From an uncultured Rhodobacteraceae bacterium (GTDB lineage Bacteria; Pseudomonadota; Alphaproteobacteria; Rhodobacterales; Rhodobacteraceae), in assembly GCA_947500005.1 (NCBI GenBank), contig CANMQJ010000004.1, forward strand, positions 3,399-67,398: a stretch of 64,000 nucleotides of DNA. Reading direction: 5' to 3'. The notes under the pieces were generated by a model. It was not told the DNA's origin. It saw only the letters and a list, made by a program, of their open reading frames with translations, and did no database searches. The translations under genes were made by a program, and so were the position numbers. Positions 30,628 to 43,496 of this stretch are shown one piece after another; the stretch's first letter is position 1; the number at the start of each line of letters is the position of its first letter.

Positions 30628-31107
30628 TCAGTATTCCTCCCAGATGCAGCGGGCCTCTTCCAGCCTGAACGCCTCGAAGAACTGTGTCGCCTCGGCATCG
30701 GACTGACCGAATTCGACGCGGCGGTCGGCCATCGAGATGACCACACGCGCAGGCTCCAGCCCGCGCTGGCGCGTATAGGGCACGGCGAGGATCTGGCAGA
30801 GGTGATCCATGTCCCGCGCCGCCGCTTCATAACCATAGCCGCCCTCGTCCCCGCCGATGGCGGGCGCGATCAGACGCAGACGCAGCCAGAGTTCGCCAGG
30901 GTTTTCATCCAGGAGGATCTCGTGCAGGTGGACGTCCTGTCCCGAGGGAACGGGCAGTTTCACGGGTTCGTCGGCCCAGGCAGCCATTCCGGCAAAGGCC
31001 AGACCAAGAGCGCAGCCCCAGCCCCACCGATGGCGGGCTCCTCCTGCCGGGGCTGCGTGCGCGACGCTCGCGGCGTGCGCTGTCCGTATCTGAACGTTGG
31101 CGATCAT
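30628..31107 (-). CDS. hypothetical exported protein
   Basis: The ATG overlaps the stop of the upstream cupin gene (ATGA); hydrophobic N-terminal segment; no known motif. Confidence 0.5.
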   Translation of the reverse strand: MIANVQIRTAHAASVAHAAPAGGARHRWGWGCALGLAFAGMAAWADEPVKLPVPSGQDVHLHEILLDENPGELWLRLRLIAPAIGGDEGGYGYEAAARDMDHLCQILAVPYTRQRGLEPARVVISMADRRVEFGQSDAEATQFFEAFRLEEARCIWEEY

Positions 31108-31502
31108 GGCGCCGATTCTTCCTTCGTGTCAAACTCCGCCGGCGACGTGATCTCGATCAGCTCCATGTCATCCGAGTGGCGGACCTCGCGATGGATGATG
31201 CCCGGCGGCTGAAGAACGCAGGATCCCGCGCGCAGGACATGCTCCCCCTGCCCCTCGTATTCGAAGACCACCCAGCCCTGCGTCACGTAGACCAGCTGGA
31301 ATTCCAGCTCGTGCGAATGCCAGGTGCCGGGACTTTCCATGCCGGGAACGGCACGGATCACGTGGGCGCCGAACGTCCCGCCCGTCGCCTCGGCTATCCC
31401 CAACCGGCGATACTCGAAAAAGGGCCGCAGCCCCTCGCCGCGAAAGGCGGAATCATCTGCGTGCGAAATCGTGAACGCCTGGTTTTTCCACAGCTTGTTC
31501 AC
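31104..31502 (-). CDS. cupin-domain protein
   Basis: GTG start after GGAGGGGGG RBS (the upstream part of the ORF would overlap pccB); cupin motifs GTWHSHE...GWVVFEYEG...PPGIIH. Confidence 0.6.
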   Translation of the reverse strand: MNKLWKNQAFTISHADDSAFRGEGLRPFFEYRRLGIAEATGGTFGAHVIRAVPGMESPGTWHSHELEFQLVYVTQGWVVFEYEGQGEHVLRAGSCVLQPPGIIHREVRHSDDMELIEITSPAEFDTKEESAP

Positions 31503-31554
31503 AGGATACCCCCCTCCCCGGACAGGCGCGCCCGCAAGGGCGCGCCGCAGGTCA

Positions 31555-33093
<1,539 letters not shown>

Positions 33094-33150
33094 AATCCCC
33101 TTGGAAATTTTGCCGGACACTATATCCCGCGCACCGGAAACCAAAGGTGA

Positions 33151-33180
33151 TTTCGGCAAATTTGCAAAGCCTTGGCAAGC
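33151..33180. promoter_or_regulatory. candidate PccR (ScfR-family) operator upstream of pccB
   Basis: TTTCGGCAAA-TTTGCAAA-GCC-TTGGCAAG; TTTGCAAA at 33161-33168, about 70 nt upstream of the pccB start. Confidence 0.5.
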
Positions 33181-33263
33181 GCATAGCTGCGAATTGAAAA
33201 ACTGCTAATTAACGCTTTAACGTCCGGTTTCGATGGACAGGGTTTCAGGCTGAGCCTAAATCG

Positions 33264-34484
33264 ATGCCCATGAGCGCCGATGTCCCCCAAGCGCCGCCAC
33301 GGCGCAGCCCTCCCAGCCTCGCAACTCTGATCCTGCTGTCGGGGCTTTCCGCCCTGGGGATGAACGTCTTTCTGCCCAGCCTGCCCCACATGGCCGAATA
33401 TTTCCAGGCAGAGTATCGGCTGATGCAGCTGTCGGTCTCGCTCTACCTGCTGATGAATGCGTTTCTCCAGATCCTGATCGGACCGATCGCAGACAATCTT
33501 GGGCGGCGCCCGGTCATCCTGTGGGGGATCGCCCTGTTCCTCGTCGCCACGCTGGGCTGCATCTACGCCCCGACCGCCGAGATTTTCCTGGGCTTCCGCA
33601 TGTTCCAGGCGGTGGTCGCGGTCACGCTTGTCCTCAGCCGGGCCGCCGTGCGCGACATGTACGATCAGGACAAGGCCGCCTCGATGATCGGCTATGTCAC
33701 CATGGGTATGGCCGTCGTGCCCATGATCGGCCCCGCCGTGGGCGGCGTGCTGGACGAGATCTTCGGCTGGCAGGCGAATTTCTGGCTTCTCTTCGGACTG
33801 GGCGCGGCGACGCTGGCACTGACCTGGCAGGATTTCGGCGAAACCGCGATGCGCAGCGGCAAGACGCTTCTGCAACAGTTCCGAGATTACCCCGAGCTTC
33901 TGACATCGCCGCGCTTCTGGGGGTATTCGCTGTCCTGCGGTTTCAGCTCGGGCGCATTCTTCGCCTATCTCGGCGGCGCACCTTTCGTCGGCAGCGAGGT
34001 TTTCGGCCTTTCACCTGCCGAACTGGGCTTCTATTTCGGGGCGCCCGCCATCGGCTATTTCCTCGGCAATTTCGTCTCGGGGCACTTCTCGGTGCGCTTC
34101 GGAATCAACCGCATGATCCTCTGGGGCTGCTGGATGAACGCCATCGGGGTAGCCCTGTCCATGCTTGTCTTCGCCACCGGCAACGGCTCGGCCTTCTCCT
34201 TCTTCGCCTTCATGAGCTTCGTGGGCATCGGCAACGGCATGGCGATCCCCAACGCGACGGCGGGCGCATTGTCGGTCCGGCCACATCTGGCGGGAACCGC
34301 ATCGGGGCTGAGCGGCGCGATCATGCTCAGCGGCGGCGCCGCGCTCAGCGCACTGGCCGGCGCGATCCTGACGGTCGAGACGGGGGCGATGCCGCTCTTG
34401 TGGCTGATGCTGGCCACGGCCATCCTTGCCGTCGCTTCGATCCTGGTCGTGATCCGCCGCGAGGTGCAGCTGGGGCTGCGGTGA
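33264..34484 (+). CDS. MFS transporter, Bcr/CflA drug-resistance subfamily
   Basis: 12-TM MFS; GPIADNLGRRPVILWG motif A. Confidence 0.85.
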   Translation: MPMSADVPQAPPRRSPPSLATLILLSGLSALGMNVFLPSLPHMAEYFQAEYRLMQLSVSLYLLMNAFLQILIGPIADNLGRRPVILWGIALFLVATLGCIYAPTAEIFLGFRMFQAVVAVTLVLSRAAVRDMYDQDKAASMIGYVTMGMAVVPMIGPAVGGVLDEIFGWQANFWLLFGLGAATLALTWQDFGETAMRSGKTLLQQFRDYPELLTSPRFWGYSLSCGFSSGAFFAYLGGAPFVGSEVFGLSPAELGFYFGAPAIGYFLGNFVSGHFSVRFGINRMILWGCWMNAIGVALSMLVFATGNGSAFSFFAFMSFVGIGNGMAIPNATAGALSVRPHLAGTASGLSGAIMLSGGAALSALAGAILTVETGAMPLLWLMLATAILAVASILVVIRREVQLGLR

Positions 34485-34498
34485 CTTGCGCACCCGTC

Positions 34499-34535
34499 TT
34501 TGCAATTATACTCTACACCTGACAGATTTTGCAAA
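34499..34535. promoter_or_regulatory. TTTGCAAT / TTTGCAAA pair directly upstream of pccR
   Basis: TTTGCAAT at 34499-34506 and TTTGCAAA at 34528-34535; pccR ATG at 34545. Confidence 0.4.
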
Positions 34536-34544
34536 GATGCGCCC

Positions 34545-35945
34545 ATGCCCACCCAGAAACTCTATGCCGGCGCCAAGCTGCGCGAGATCCGCACGCGTCT
34601 TGCCCTGACGCAAAAGGAATTCTCCGCCAAGCTCGGCGTCTCCCTGCCCTATCTGAACCAGATGGAGAACAACAACCGGCCCGTCTCGACAACGGTTGTC
34701 CTTGCGCTGGCACAGGAGTTCGGGCTGGACGTCACCGAGCTCAGTACAGGCGACAGCGAGCGGCTGGTCTCCGACATGCGCGAGGCACTGGCCGACCCGA
34801 TCTTTGCCGACGCCGTCCCGCCGTTGGCCGACCTGCGCCTGACCGCGTCGAACGCCCCGGCCCTGGCCCGTTCTTTCATCGAGTTGCACAAGGCCTATCG
34901 CCAGACGCATGAACGGCTCGCCTCCCTCGATGAGGCCTTGGGTCGCGAGGATGCCCGCATTCAGGCCAGCCCCTGGGAGGAGGTGCGCGACTTCTTCCAC
35001 TATTGCGACAACTATATCGACGCGATGGATCGCGCGGCCGAGCATTTCGCCTCGCGCGCCAAGGGACCCGAGGGCATTCGCGCGGCCGCCCTCGCCGCGT
35101 TCGCAACACAGGACATCACCGTCACTTATGCCGACCAGCACGCGCTGCGCATCTTCGATCCGGACCAGCGCACGCTGACCCTGTCGACCCGGTCCTCGCC
35201 GCAGACCCAGCTTTTCCAGATGCTTCTGCAAATGACCCTGACGACGCAGAACAAGCTGCTGGAGGCGACGCTGGATTTCGCCCGTTTCCAGAGCGAAGAG
35301 GCGCGCGCCATCGCCAAGATCGGGCTGGCCAACTACTTCGCCGGGGCCGCGCTGATGCCCTATGGCGCGTTCCTGTCGGCGGCACAGGAAACCCGGCACG
35401 ATCTGGAATTGCTGGGCGCGCGCTTCGGCGCCTCGATCGAACAGGTCGCGCACCGGCTGTCCACGCTGCAACGTCCCGGCGCCAAGGGCATCCCCTTCTT
35501 CTTCGTCCGGGTCGACCAGGCCGGCACCATCACCAAGCGCCATTCCGCCACGCGCCTGCAATTCGCCCGCTTCGGCGGCGCCTGCCCTCTCTGGAACGTG
35601 CATCGCGCCTTCGAGACGCCGGGTCATTTCCTGCGCCAGCTGGCCGAGACCCCGGACGGTGTGCGCTATATCAGCCTCGCGCGCGACGTCTCCAAGATGG
35701 GCGGCTCCTTCGGCGCGCCGGTGCGCCGCTATGCCATCGCTCTGGGTTGCGAGACGCGCCATGCCGACGCCCTGGTCTATGCGGACGGGCTCGATATCGG
35801 CAATGCCGCCGCCTATGAGCCGATCGGCATCTCCTGCCGCATCTGCGAGCGCACCAATTGCCACCAACGCTCGGTCCCGCCGCTGGAACGCCGCCTGACC
35901 ATCGACACCAACCGGCGCGGCACCCTGCCCTACGAGGTCAGCTAG
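34545..35945 (+). CDS. pccR: short-chain fatty acyl-CoA regulator family transcription factor (XRE HTH plus ImmA/IrrE-like domain), PccR-like
   Basis: N-terminal XRE HTH (KLREIRTRLALTQKEFSAKLGVSLPYLNQMENNNRPVS); long C-terminal domain with a Cys cluster (CPLWN, CRICERTNC); next to pccB. Confidence 0.8.
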   Translation: MPTQKLYAGAKLREIRTRLALTQKEFSAKLGVSLPYLNQMENNNRPVSTTVVLALAQEFGLDVTELSTGDSERLVSDMREALADPIFADAVPPLADLRLTASNAPALARSFIELHKAYRQTHERLASLDEALGREDARIQASPWEEVRDFFHYCDNYIDAMDRAAEHFASRAKGPEGIRAAALAAFATQDITVTYADQHALRIFDPDQRTLTLSTRSSPQTQLFQMLLQMTLTTQNKLLEATLDFARFQSEEARAIAKIGLANYFAGAALMPYGAFLSAAQETRHDLELLGARFGASIEQVAHRLSTLQRPGAKGIPFFFVRVDQAGTITKRHSATRLQFARFGGACPLWNVHRAFETPGHFLRQLAETPDGVRYISLARDVSKMGGSFGAPVRRYAIALGCETRHADALVYADGLDIGNAAAYEPIGISCRICERTNCHQRSVPPLERRLTIDTNRRGTLPYEVS

Positions 35946-36089
35946 CCTCGCCGCCTTCGCCACCGGGCGCGGATCTGCTATCGTCCGTTTCCACAAACCC
36001 CTGCGGCGAACATGCGATACGCCACGGGTTTCACCGCAGCCAAACCTGGTTTAGGGCTAAACTACATCTTCGGGAGAGAGTACCACACC

Positions 36090-38363
<2,274 letters not shown>

Positions 38364-38482
38364 AAAGCTGTCGCCACCGGGCGTCCTCCGTCCGGTGGCC
38401 TGCTCTGGAACAGCTGGTTGGGAATGGCTGTATGATGTCTGCGCCGAGGGGCGCGAGGGGCTCACTTCTTGGTCGGTTTGGT

Positions 38483-38506
38483 GCCGGCGGCGGCCGGCTT
38501 TTTCTT
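38483..38506 (+). terminator. rho-independent terminator downstream of maeB
   Basis: GCCGGC-GGCG-GCCGGC followed by TTTTTCTT; an earlier hairpin GCCACCGG...CCGGTGGC lies at 38373-38399. Confidence 0.6.
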
Positions 38507-38697
38507 CGTGGTGGCCATGATGGCGTTTCCCTGAAAGGGCGGCGGGATGCCTGCCCATGCGACGCTTCTGGCATGATGGCCGCGGCCGCGCATGTCAGGA
38601 TTCGACCTGTCCCATGTCGAAATTTCACCGCCCCCCGATCTTGCGATCGCTGCCCCGAATCCGTCCGGCGGCCCCTTGCCGAACTTTGCTCCGTGGG

Positions 38698-38787
38698 TTT
38701 GCAAACTGGCACGATGGGCAAAGCCTCCGCCGAGGCAGAAGCACCTTTGCAAAATTTTGCAGGCCACCCCGGCCAGGTTCTGCAAAG
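38698..38787. promoter_or_regulatory. cluster of TTTGCAAA-type sites upstream of prpE, including a 14-bp perfect palindrome
   Basis: TTTGCAAA 38698-38705; TGCAAAATTTTGCA 38748-38761 (contains TTTGCAAA 38746-38753); TTCTGCAAAG 38778-38787. Confidence 0.45.
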
Positions 38788-38881
38788 ATTTCGCGGTAAT
38801 GTGACGCGGCGTCGATCATCGCGCTTGTTCAAGGGCCCATCCCTTTCTAACACCGGCTCAGTGATTTCGGAGGAGGACGTC

Positions 38882-40774
38882 ATGGCCTACAAGGATGTAT
38901 ATGGCAGCTGGAAAGCCGACCCCGAGGCCTTCTGGATGGAGGCCGCCAAGGGGATCGACTGGGTCGAGGCGCCCACCCGCGCGCTGGATGACAGCAACGC
39001 CCCCCTTTACGAGTGGTTCACCGACGCCAAGGTGAACACCTGCTGGAACGCCGTCGACCGCCACGTCGAGGCCGGTCGCGGCGAACAGGTCGCCATCATC
39101 CATGACAGCCCGATCACCCATACCAAGCGCGAGATCACCTATGTCGAGCTGCGCAACCGGGTCGCCACCCTGGCCGGTGCCCTGCGCGACAAGGGAATCG
39201 AGAAGGGCGACCGCGTCATCATCTACATGCCGATGATCCCCGAGGCGATCGAGGCGATGCTGGCCTGCGCCCGGCTCGGCGCGATCCATTCCGTCGTCTT
39301 CGGCGGCTTCGCGGCCAGCGAGCTTGCCGTTCGGATCGACGACGCCAAGCCCAAGGCGATCATCGCCGCCTCCTGCGGGCTGGAGCCGGGCCGCGTCGTG
39401 CATTACAAGCCACTGCTCGACGGCGCCATTGAGCAGGCGAAACACAAGCCCGAATTCTGCGTGATCTTCCAGCGCGAGCAGGAGGTCGCCCACCTGGAAG
39501 AGGGGCGCGATTTCAACTGGCACGGATTCCAGTACGGCGTGCAGCCCGCCGAATGCGTGCCGGTCGAGGGCAATCACCCCGCCTATATCCTCTATACCTC
39601 CGGCACCACCGGCGCGCCCAAGGGCGTGGTGCGCGCGACGGCGGGGCACCTTGTCGCGCTCAACTGGTCGATGAAGAACATCTACAATGTCGATCCCGGC
39701 GACGTGTTCTGGGCCGCCTCGGACGTGGGCTGGGTCGTCGGCCACAGCTATATCTGCTATGGCCCGCTGATCCACGGCAACACCACCATCGTCTTCGAGG
39801 GCAAACCCGTGGGCACGCCCGATGCGGGCACCTTCTGGCGCGTGATCTCCGAGCACAAGGTGCGCAGCTTCTTCACCGCGCCCACCGCCTTCCGCGCGGT
39901 GAAGCGCGAGGATCCCAAGGGCGAATTCATCGGGAAATACGATCTTTCCTGCCTCGACGCGATCTTCCTCGCGGGCGAACGCGCCGATCCCGACACCATC
40001 GTCTGGACGCAGGAAAAAACCGGCAAGCCGGTCTATGATCACTGGTGGCAGACCGAAACCGGCTGGACCATCGCGGGCAACCCCGTGGGGATCGAGCCCC
40101 TGCCGGTCAAGCTGGGCAGTCCGACCGTGCCGATGCCAGGCTACGACATCCGCATCCTCGACGAGGGCGGGCATGAACTGCCCAAGGGCGAATTGGGCGC
40201 CATCGCGGTCAAGCTGCCCCTGCCCCCCGGTACGCTTCCGACGCTCTGGAACGCCGAGGCACGGTTCAAGAAGAGCTACCTGGAACATTTCCCGGGCTAC
40301 TACGAGACGGGCGATGCCGGGATGGTGGACGAGGACGGCTATGTCTACATCATGGCCCGGACCGACGACGTCATCAACGTAGCCGGCCACCGCCTGTCCA
40401 CCGGCGGGATGGAAGAGGTTCTGGCGGCACATCCGGACGTGGCCGAATGCGCCGTGATCGGTATCAGCGACGACCTCAAGGGGCAGATGCCGCTCGGGTT
40501 CCTTTGCCTCAACTCCGGCTGCAACCGCCCGCATGGCGAGATCGTGAAAGAGGTGGTGCAGATGGTGCGCGACAAGATCGGCCCCGTGGCCGCCTTCAAG
40601 CTCGCCGTGGTGGTGGACCGCCTGCCCAAGACCCGCTCGGGCAAGATCCTGCGCGCCACCATGGTCGCGATCGCGGACGGCAAGGAGTACAAGATGCCCG
40701 CCACGATCGACGATCCCGCCATCCTCGACGAGATCCGCGAGGCGCTCCAGACAATCGGGTACGCCAAGGTCTGA
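38882..40774 (+). CDS. prpE: propionate--CoA ligase (acetyl-CoA synthetase family)
   Basis: GGAGGAGGA RBS; MAYKDVYGSWKADPEAFWMEAAKGIDW (PrpE-type N-terminus); AMP-binding motif YTSGTTGAPKG; C-terminal KTRSGKILR. Confidence 0.8.
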   Translation: MAYKDVYGSWKADPEAFWMEAAKGIDWVEAPTRALDDSNAPLYEWFTDAKVNTCWNAVDRHVEAGRGEQVAIIHDSPITHTKREITYVELRNRVATLAGALRDKGIEKGDRVIIYMPMIPEAIEAMLACARLGAIHSVVFGGFAASELAVRIDDAKPKAIIAASCGLEPGRVVHYKPLLDGAIEQAKHKPEFCVIFQREQEVAHLEEGRDFNWHGFQYGVQPAECVPVEGNHPAYILYTSGTTGAPKGVVRATAGHLVALNWSMKNIYNVDPGDVFWAASDVGWVVGHSYICYGPLIHGNTTIVFEGKPVGTPDAGTFWRVISEHKVRSFFTAPTAFRAVKREDPKGEFIGKYDLSCLDAIFLAGERADPDTIVWTQEKTGKPVYDHWWQTETGWTIAGNPVGIEPLPVKLGSPTVPMPGYDIRILDEGGHELPKGELGAIAVKLPLPPGTLPTLWNAEARFKKSYLEHFPGYYETGDAGMVDEDGYVYIMARTDDVINVAGHRLSTGGMEEVLAAHPDVAECAVIGISDDLKGQMPLGFLCLNSGCNRPHGEIVKEVVQMVRDKIGPVAAFKLAVVVDRLPKTRSGKILRATMVAIADGKEYKMPATIDDPAILDEIREALQTIGYAKV

Positions 40775-40852
40775 CCGCACGGCGCATTTTCCCTAGCGTC
40801 ACCCTTGCCATCGCTCCCGCCGCGGATACGCTGCCGGCGGGAGATTTTATTC

Positions 40853-42283
40853 ATGACAGACAAAGATATCTGGCGCCTCGACGCGCATGAGATCGCCGGC
40901 CAGACACGGTCGGGCGACCTGACGGCAGAAGCAGCGGTGACCGCCGCCATCACCCGGATGGAGGCGGTGAACCCCGACCTCAACGCCGTAGTACAAAGCT
41001 GTGCCGAACAGGCGCTGGAGCGCGCCCGCGGCCTCGACAAGGCGCGCGCGGAGGGGGCCGAACCGGGTCCGCTTTTCGGCGTGCCCGTCACCATCAAGGT
41101 CAATGTCGACCAGGAGGGATACGCCACGACGAACGGCGTGCCCGCGCTCAAGGACCTGATCGCACCGGCCGATGCTCCGGTCGTTGCCAACCTGCAAAAG
41201 GCGGGCGCCATCGTGATCGGGCGGACCAACACGCCCGAATTCTCCTTCCGCGCGGATACCGACAACCCGCTGCACGGGCGGACGCATAACCCGTGGGGCA
41301 AGCATATCTCGCCCGGCGGTTCCTCGGGCGGCGCAGGCGCCGCGGTGATGGCCGGGATCGGCGCGCTGGCGCATGGCAACGATATCGGTGGTTCCCTGCG
41401 CTTTCCGGCGGCCGCCAACGGCGCGGTGACGGTCAAGCCGGGGCTGGGCCGCGTGCCCGCCTGGAACCCCAGCCAGAAGGCCGAGCGCGGGATGCTTGCG
41501 CAATCCATGTCGGTGCAGGGGCTGCTGACCCGCTCGGCCGCCGATCTGCACGCGGCGATGCCCAGCCTGATCGCGCCCGATCCGCGCGACCCGTTCCACG
41601 TTCCCCTGCCCTGGCGCGGGGAGCCGCTGGCGGGACCGCTGAAGGTGGCCTTCACCCGCAACATGTTCGACTATGACCTCCACCCCGAGGTGGACGCCGC
41701 CCTGACCGCCGCCCGCGACGCGCTGGCCGACGCGGGCTATGACGTTCACGAGGTCGGGCCGCCCGACGTGTTCGAGGCGGGCCGTGTCGGCTATCGCACC
41801 CTGATGGGCGAGGTTCACGCCCTGATGAAGGCCGATATTGACGCTTACGGCTCCGACACGATCCGGACGATCTTCGAGACCTATTTCCAGGAATTCCCGC
41901 CCTACGAGGGCGACGAACTGCTCGCCATGATGGCGAAACGCAGCCATTACGCCCGGCAATGGTCGCTGTTTCTCGAAGTGTATCCCCTGGTCCTGACCCC
42001 GTTCCAGCCCCGCCCCTTCTTCGCACCCGATCGCGACACCGAAGGGGCCGAAGGCGTGGACGAGGTTCTGGGCTGCGCCGTCTATTCCTACGCGTTCAAC
42101 TACATGGGCCTTCCCGCTGCCTGCGTGTCCGCCCGCCTGGCCGACCTGCCGAAGGGGCCGCAGCCGATCCCGGTGCAGATCGTCGCCCGCCGCTGGCGCG
42201 AGGATCTCGCCGTGGATGCCGCCGCCGCGATCGAGGCGCGGGTAGGCCGGATGTGCGACGCGCTCTGGGCGCGGATGGGCTGA
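40853..42283 (+). CDS. amidase-signature family protein
   Basis: Amidase signature GGSSGGAGAAVMAG and a Ser-cisSer-Lys type context. Confidence 0.85.
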   Translation: MTDKDIWRLDAHEIAGQTRSGDLTAEAAVTAAITRMEAVNPDLNAVVQSCAEQALERARGLDKARAEGAEPGPLFGVPVTIKVNVDQEGYATTNGVPALKDLIAPADAPVVANLQKAGAIVIGRTNTPEFSFRADTDNPLHGRTHNPWGKHISPGGSSGGAGAAVMAGIGALAHGNDIGGSLRFPAAANGAVTVKPGLGRVPAWNPSQKAERGMLAQSMSVQGLLTRSAADLHAAMPSLIAPDPRDPFHVPLPWRGEPLAGPLKVAFTRNMFDYDLHPEVDAALTAARDALADAGYDVHEVGPPDVFEAGRVGYRTLMGEVHALMKADIDAYGSDTIRTIFETYFQEFPPYEGDELLAMMAKRSHYARQWSLFLEVYPLVLTPFQPRPFFAPDRDTEGAEGVDEVLGCAVYSYAFNYMGLPAACVSARLADLPKGPQPIPVQIVARRWREDLAVDAAAAIEARVGRMCDALWARMG

Positions 42284-42515
42284 TTTCGGGGGCGACAAGG
42301 AATAGACCCCGGTAGGCGATGGGGAACAACGCCACCCGGGGTCGAGCCTTCTCAAATACACCCGGTGGTTACGTACGGCGGGTGCGGGGTTGCCACACCC
42401 GCCGCTGCGAACCATGCGAACTCGTCCCGAACACATCGCGTCTGGCCACTCACATCCAGGATCGGACATCTCCGGCCGGGTTGACTCAACGCTAGCCGGA
42501 GTGGCGCGACGCTGC

Positions 42516-42531
42516 TGTGACCTTGATCACA
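42516..42531. promoter_or_regulatory. perfect CRP-type palindrome TGTGA-N6-TCACA
   Basis: TGTGACCTTGATCACA in the 281-nt gap between the convergent amidase and nadK genes. Confidence 0.3.
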
Positions 42532-42564
42532 GAACCGCGAAAAATTCGCTAACGTCCGTGAATT

Positions 42565-43326
42565 TCATGTGAATTGTTCCGAAATCAGTCGTTCTTCCAG
42601 CCCGTGACCCGGATCGAAGAGGATACGATGCGCGATATCGGTGGCCGAGCGGATCTCGACCCAGTCGATATCGGGGAAAGACACGGAATCGGCATCGGCC
42701 ATGACCGGCCGCTTGTCCGCCTCCAGCACGTCGATCCTCACCTTCGCGGTCTTTGGCAGAAGCGCCCCGCGCCAGCGCCGGGGTCGGAACGCGGCGATGG
42801 CGGTCAGGGCCAGCACGTCCGACCCGATGGGCAGGATCGGCCCATGCGCCGAATAGTTGTAGGCCGTGGACCCCGCCGGGGTGGAGACCAGAGCGCCGTC
42901 GCAGACAAGCTCGGCCAGGCGCAGCCGTGCATCGACCGTGATCCGCAGCTTGGCCGCCTGCGGCCCCGCGCGCAGCATCGACACCTCGTTGATCGCCAGC
43001 GCCTCGTGCAACTGGCCCGACTGGTCCATCGCGCGCATGGCCAGCGGGTTGATCACCTCCTCCTCGGCCTCCTCCAGGCGGTCCAGAAGGTCGCTTTCGC
43101 CATATTCGTTCATCAGAAAGCCGATCGTGCCCCGGTTCATGCCATAGACCGGCACGTCCAGATGCTGCGTTCCGTGCAGGGTGCGCAGCATGAACCCGTC
43201 GCCCCCAAGCGCCACGATCACGTCGGCATCTCGCGGCGCGCAGTTGCCGTACCGGTCCACCAGGGCCGTGCGCGCGGTCTGGGCCACCGGAACCTCGCTG
43301 GCCAGAAAGGCGATTCTCTTCCTCAT
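42565..43326 (-). CDS. nadK: NAD kinase
   Basis: Start at MRKRIAFLAS; GGDGFML motif and ALVSTPAGSTAYNYSAHGPI motif. Confidence 0.85.
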   Translation of the reverse strand: MRKRIAFLASEVPVAQTARTALVDRYGNCAPRDADVIVALGGDGFMLRTLHGTQHLDVPVYGMNRGTIGFLMNEYGESDLLDRLEEAEEEVINPLAMRAMDQSGQLHEALAINEVSMLRAGPQAAKLRITVDARLRLAELVCDGALVSTPAGSTAYNYSAHGPILPIGSDVLALTAIAAFRPRRWRGALLPKTAKVRIDVLEADKRPVMADADSVSFPDIDWVEIRSATDIAHRILFDPGHGLEERLISEQFT

Positions 43327-43496
43327 GAAACTGGGTTTCCGGTGCTGCGCATTCGGTTCCGAAACAATCACAGCTTTCCCGGCGGGGCCAGCCTTGACGT
43401 CGCAGTTGGCCGAAACGTCGCTTGCAGGCCTTTCCCAGCGGAAGCGTTTCCGATAGGAAATCCGCCAACGGAACCCCTCAGATTTTGGGAGCGCAC

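Noticed and set aside
33209-33221. CtrA-like TTAA...TTAAC in the pccB/MFS divergent region
   Set aside because: The spacing is TTAA-N4-TTAAC, not the required N7.
38462-38518. 18-aa Lys-rich micro-ORF MATTKKKPAAAGTKPTKK (and its 107-aa extension to 38785)
   Set aside because: The KKK and PAAAG codons are simply the reverse complement of a plus-strand rho-independent terminator (GCCGGC-GGCG-GCCGGC-TTTTT) downstream of maeB. A terminator explains the sequence better than a peptide does.
38707-38721. Sigma54-like promoter TGGCACGATGGGCAA upstream of prpE
   Set aside because: The GC of the -12 element is 2 nt too close to the GG of the -24 element, and the TTGC core is missing.
43327-43496. Riboswitch (for example ZTP/pfl) in the glyA leader
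   Set aside because: I could not find the conserved ZTP core strings or any other riboswitch signature that I can recognise by eye.
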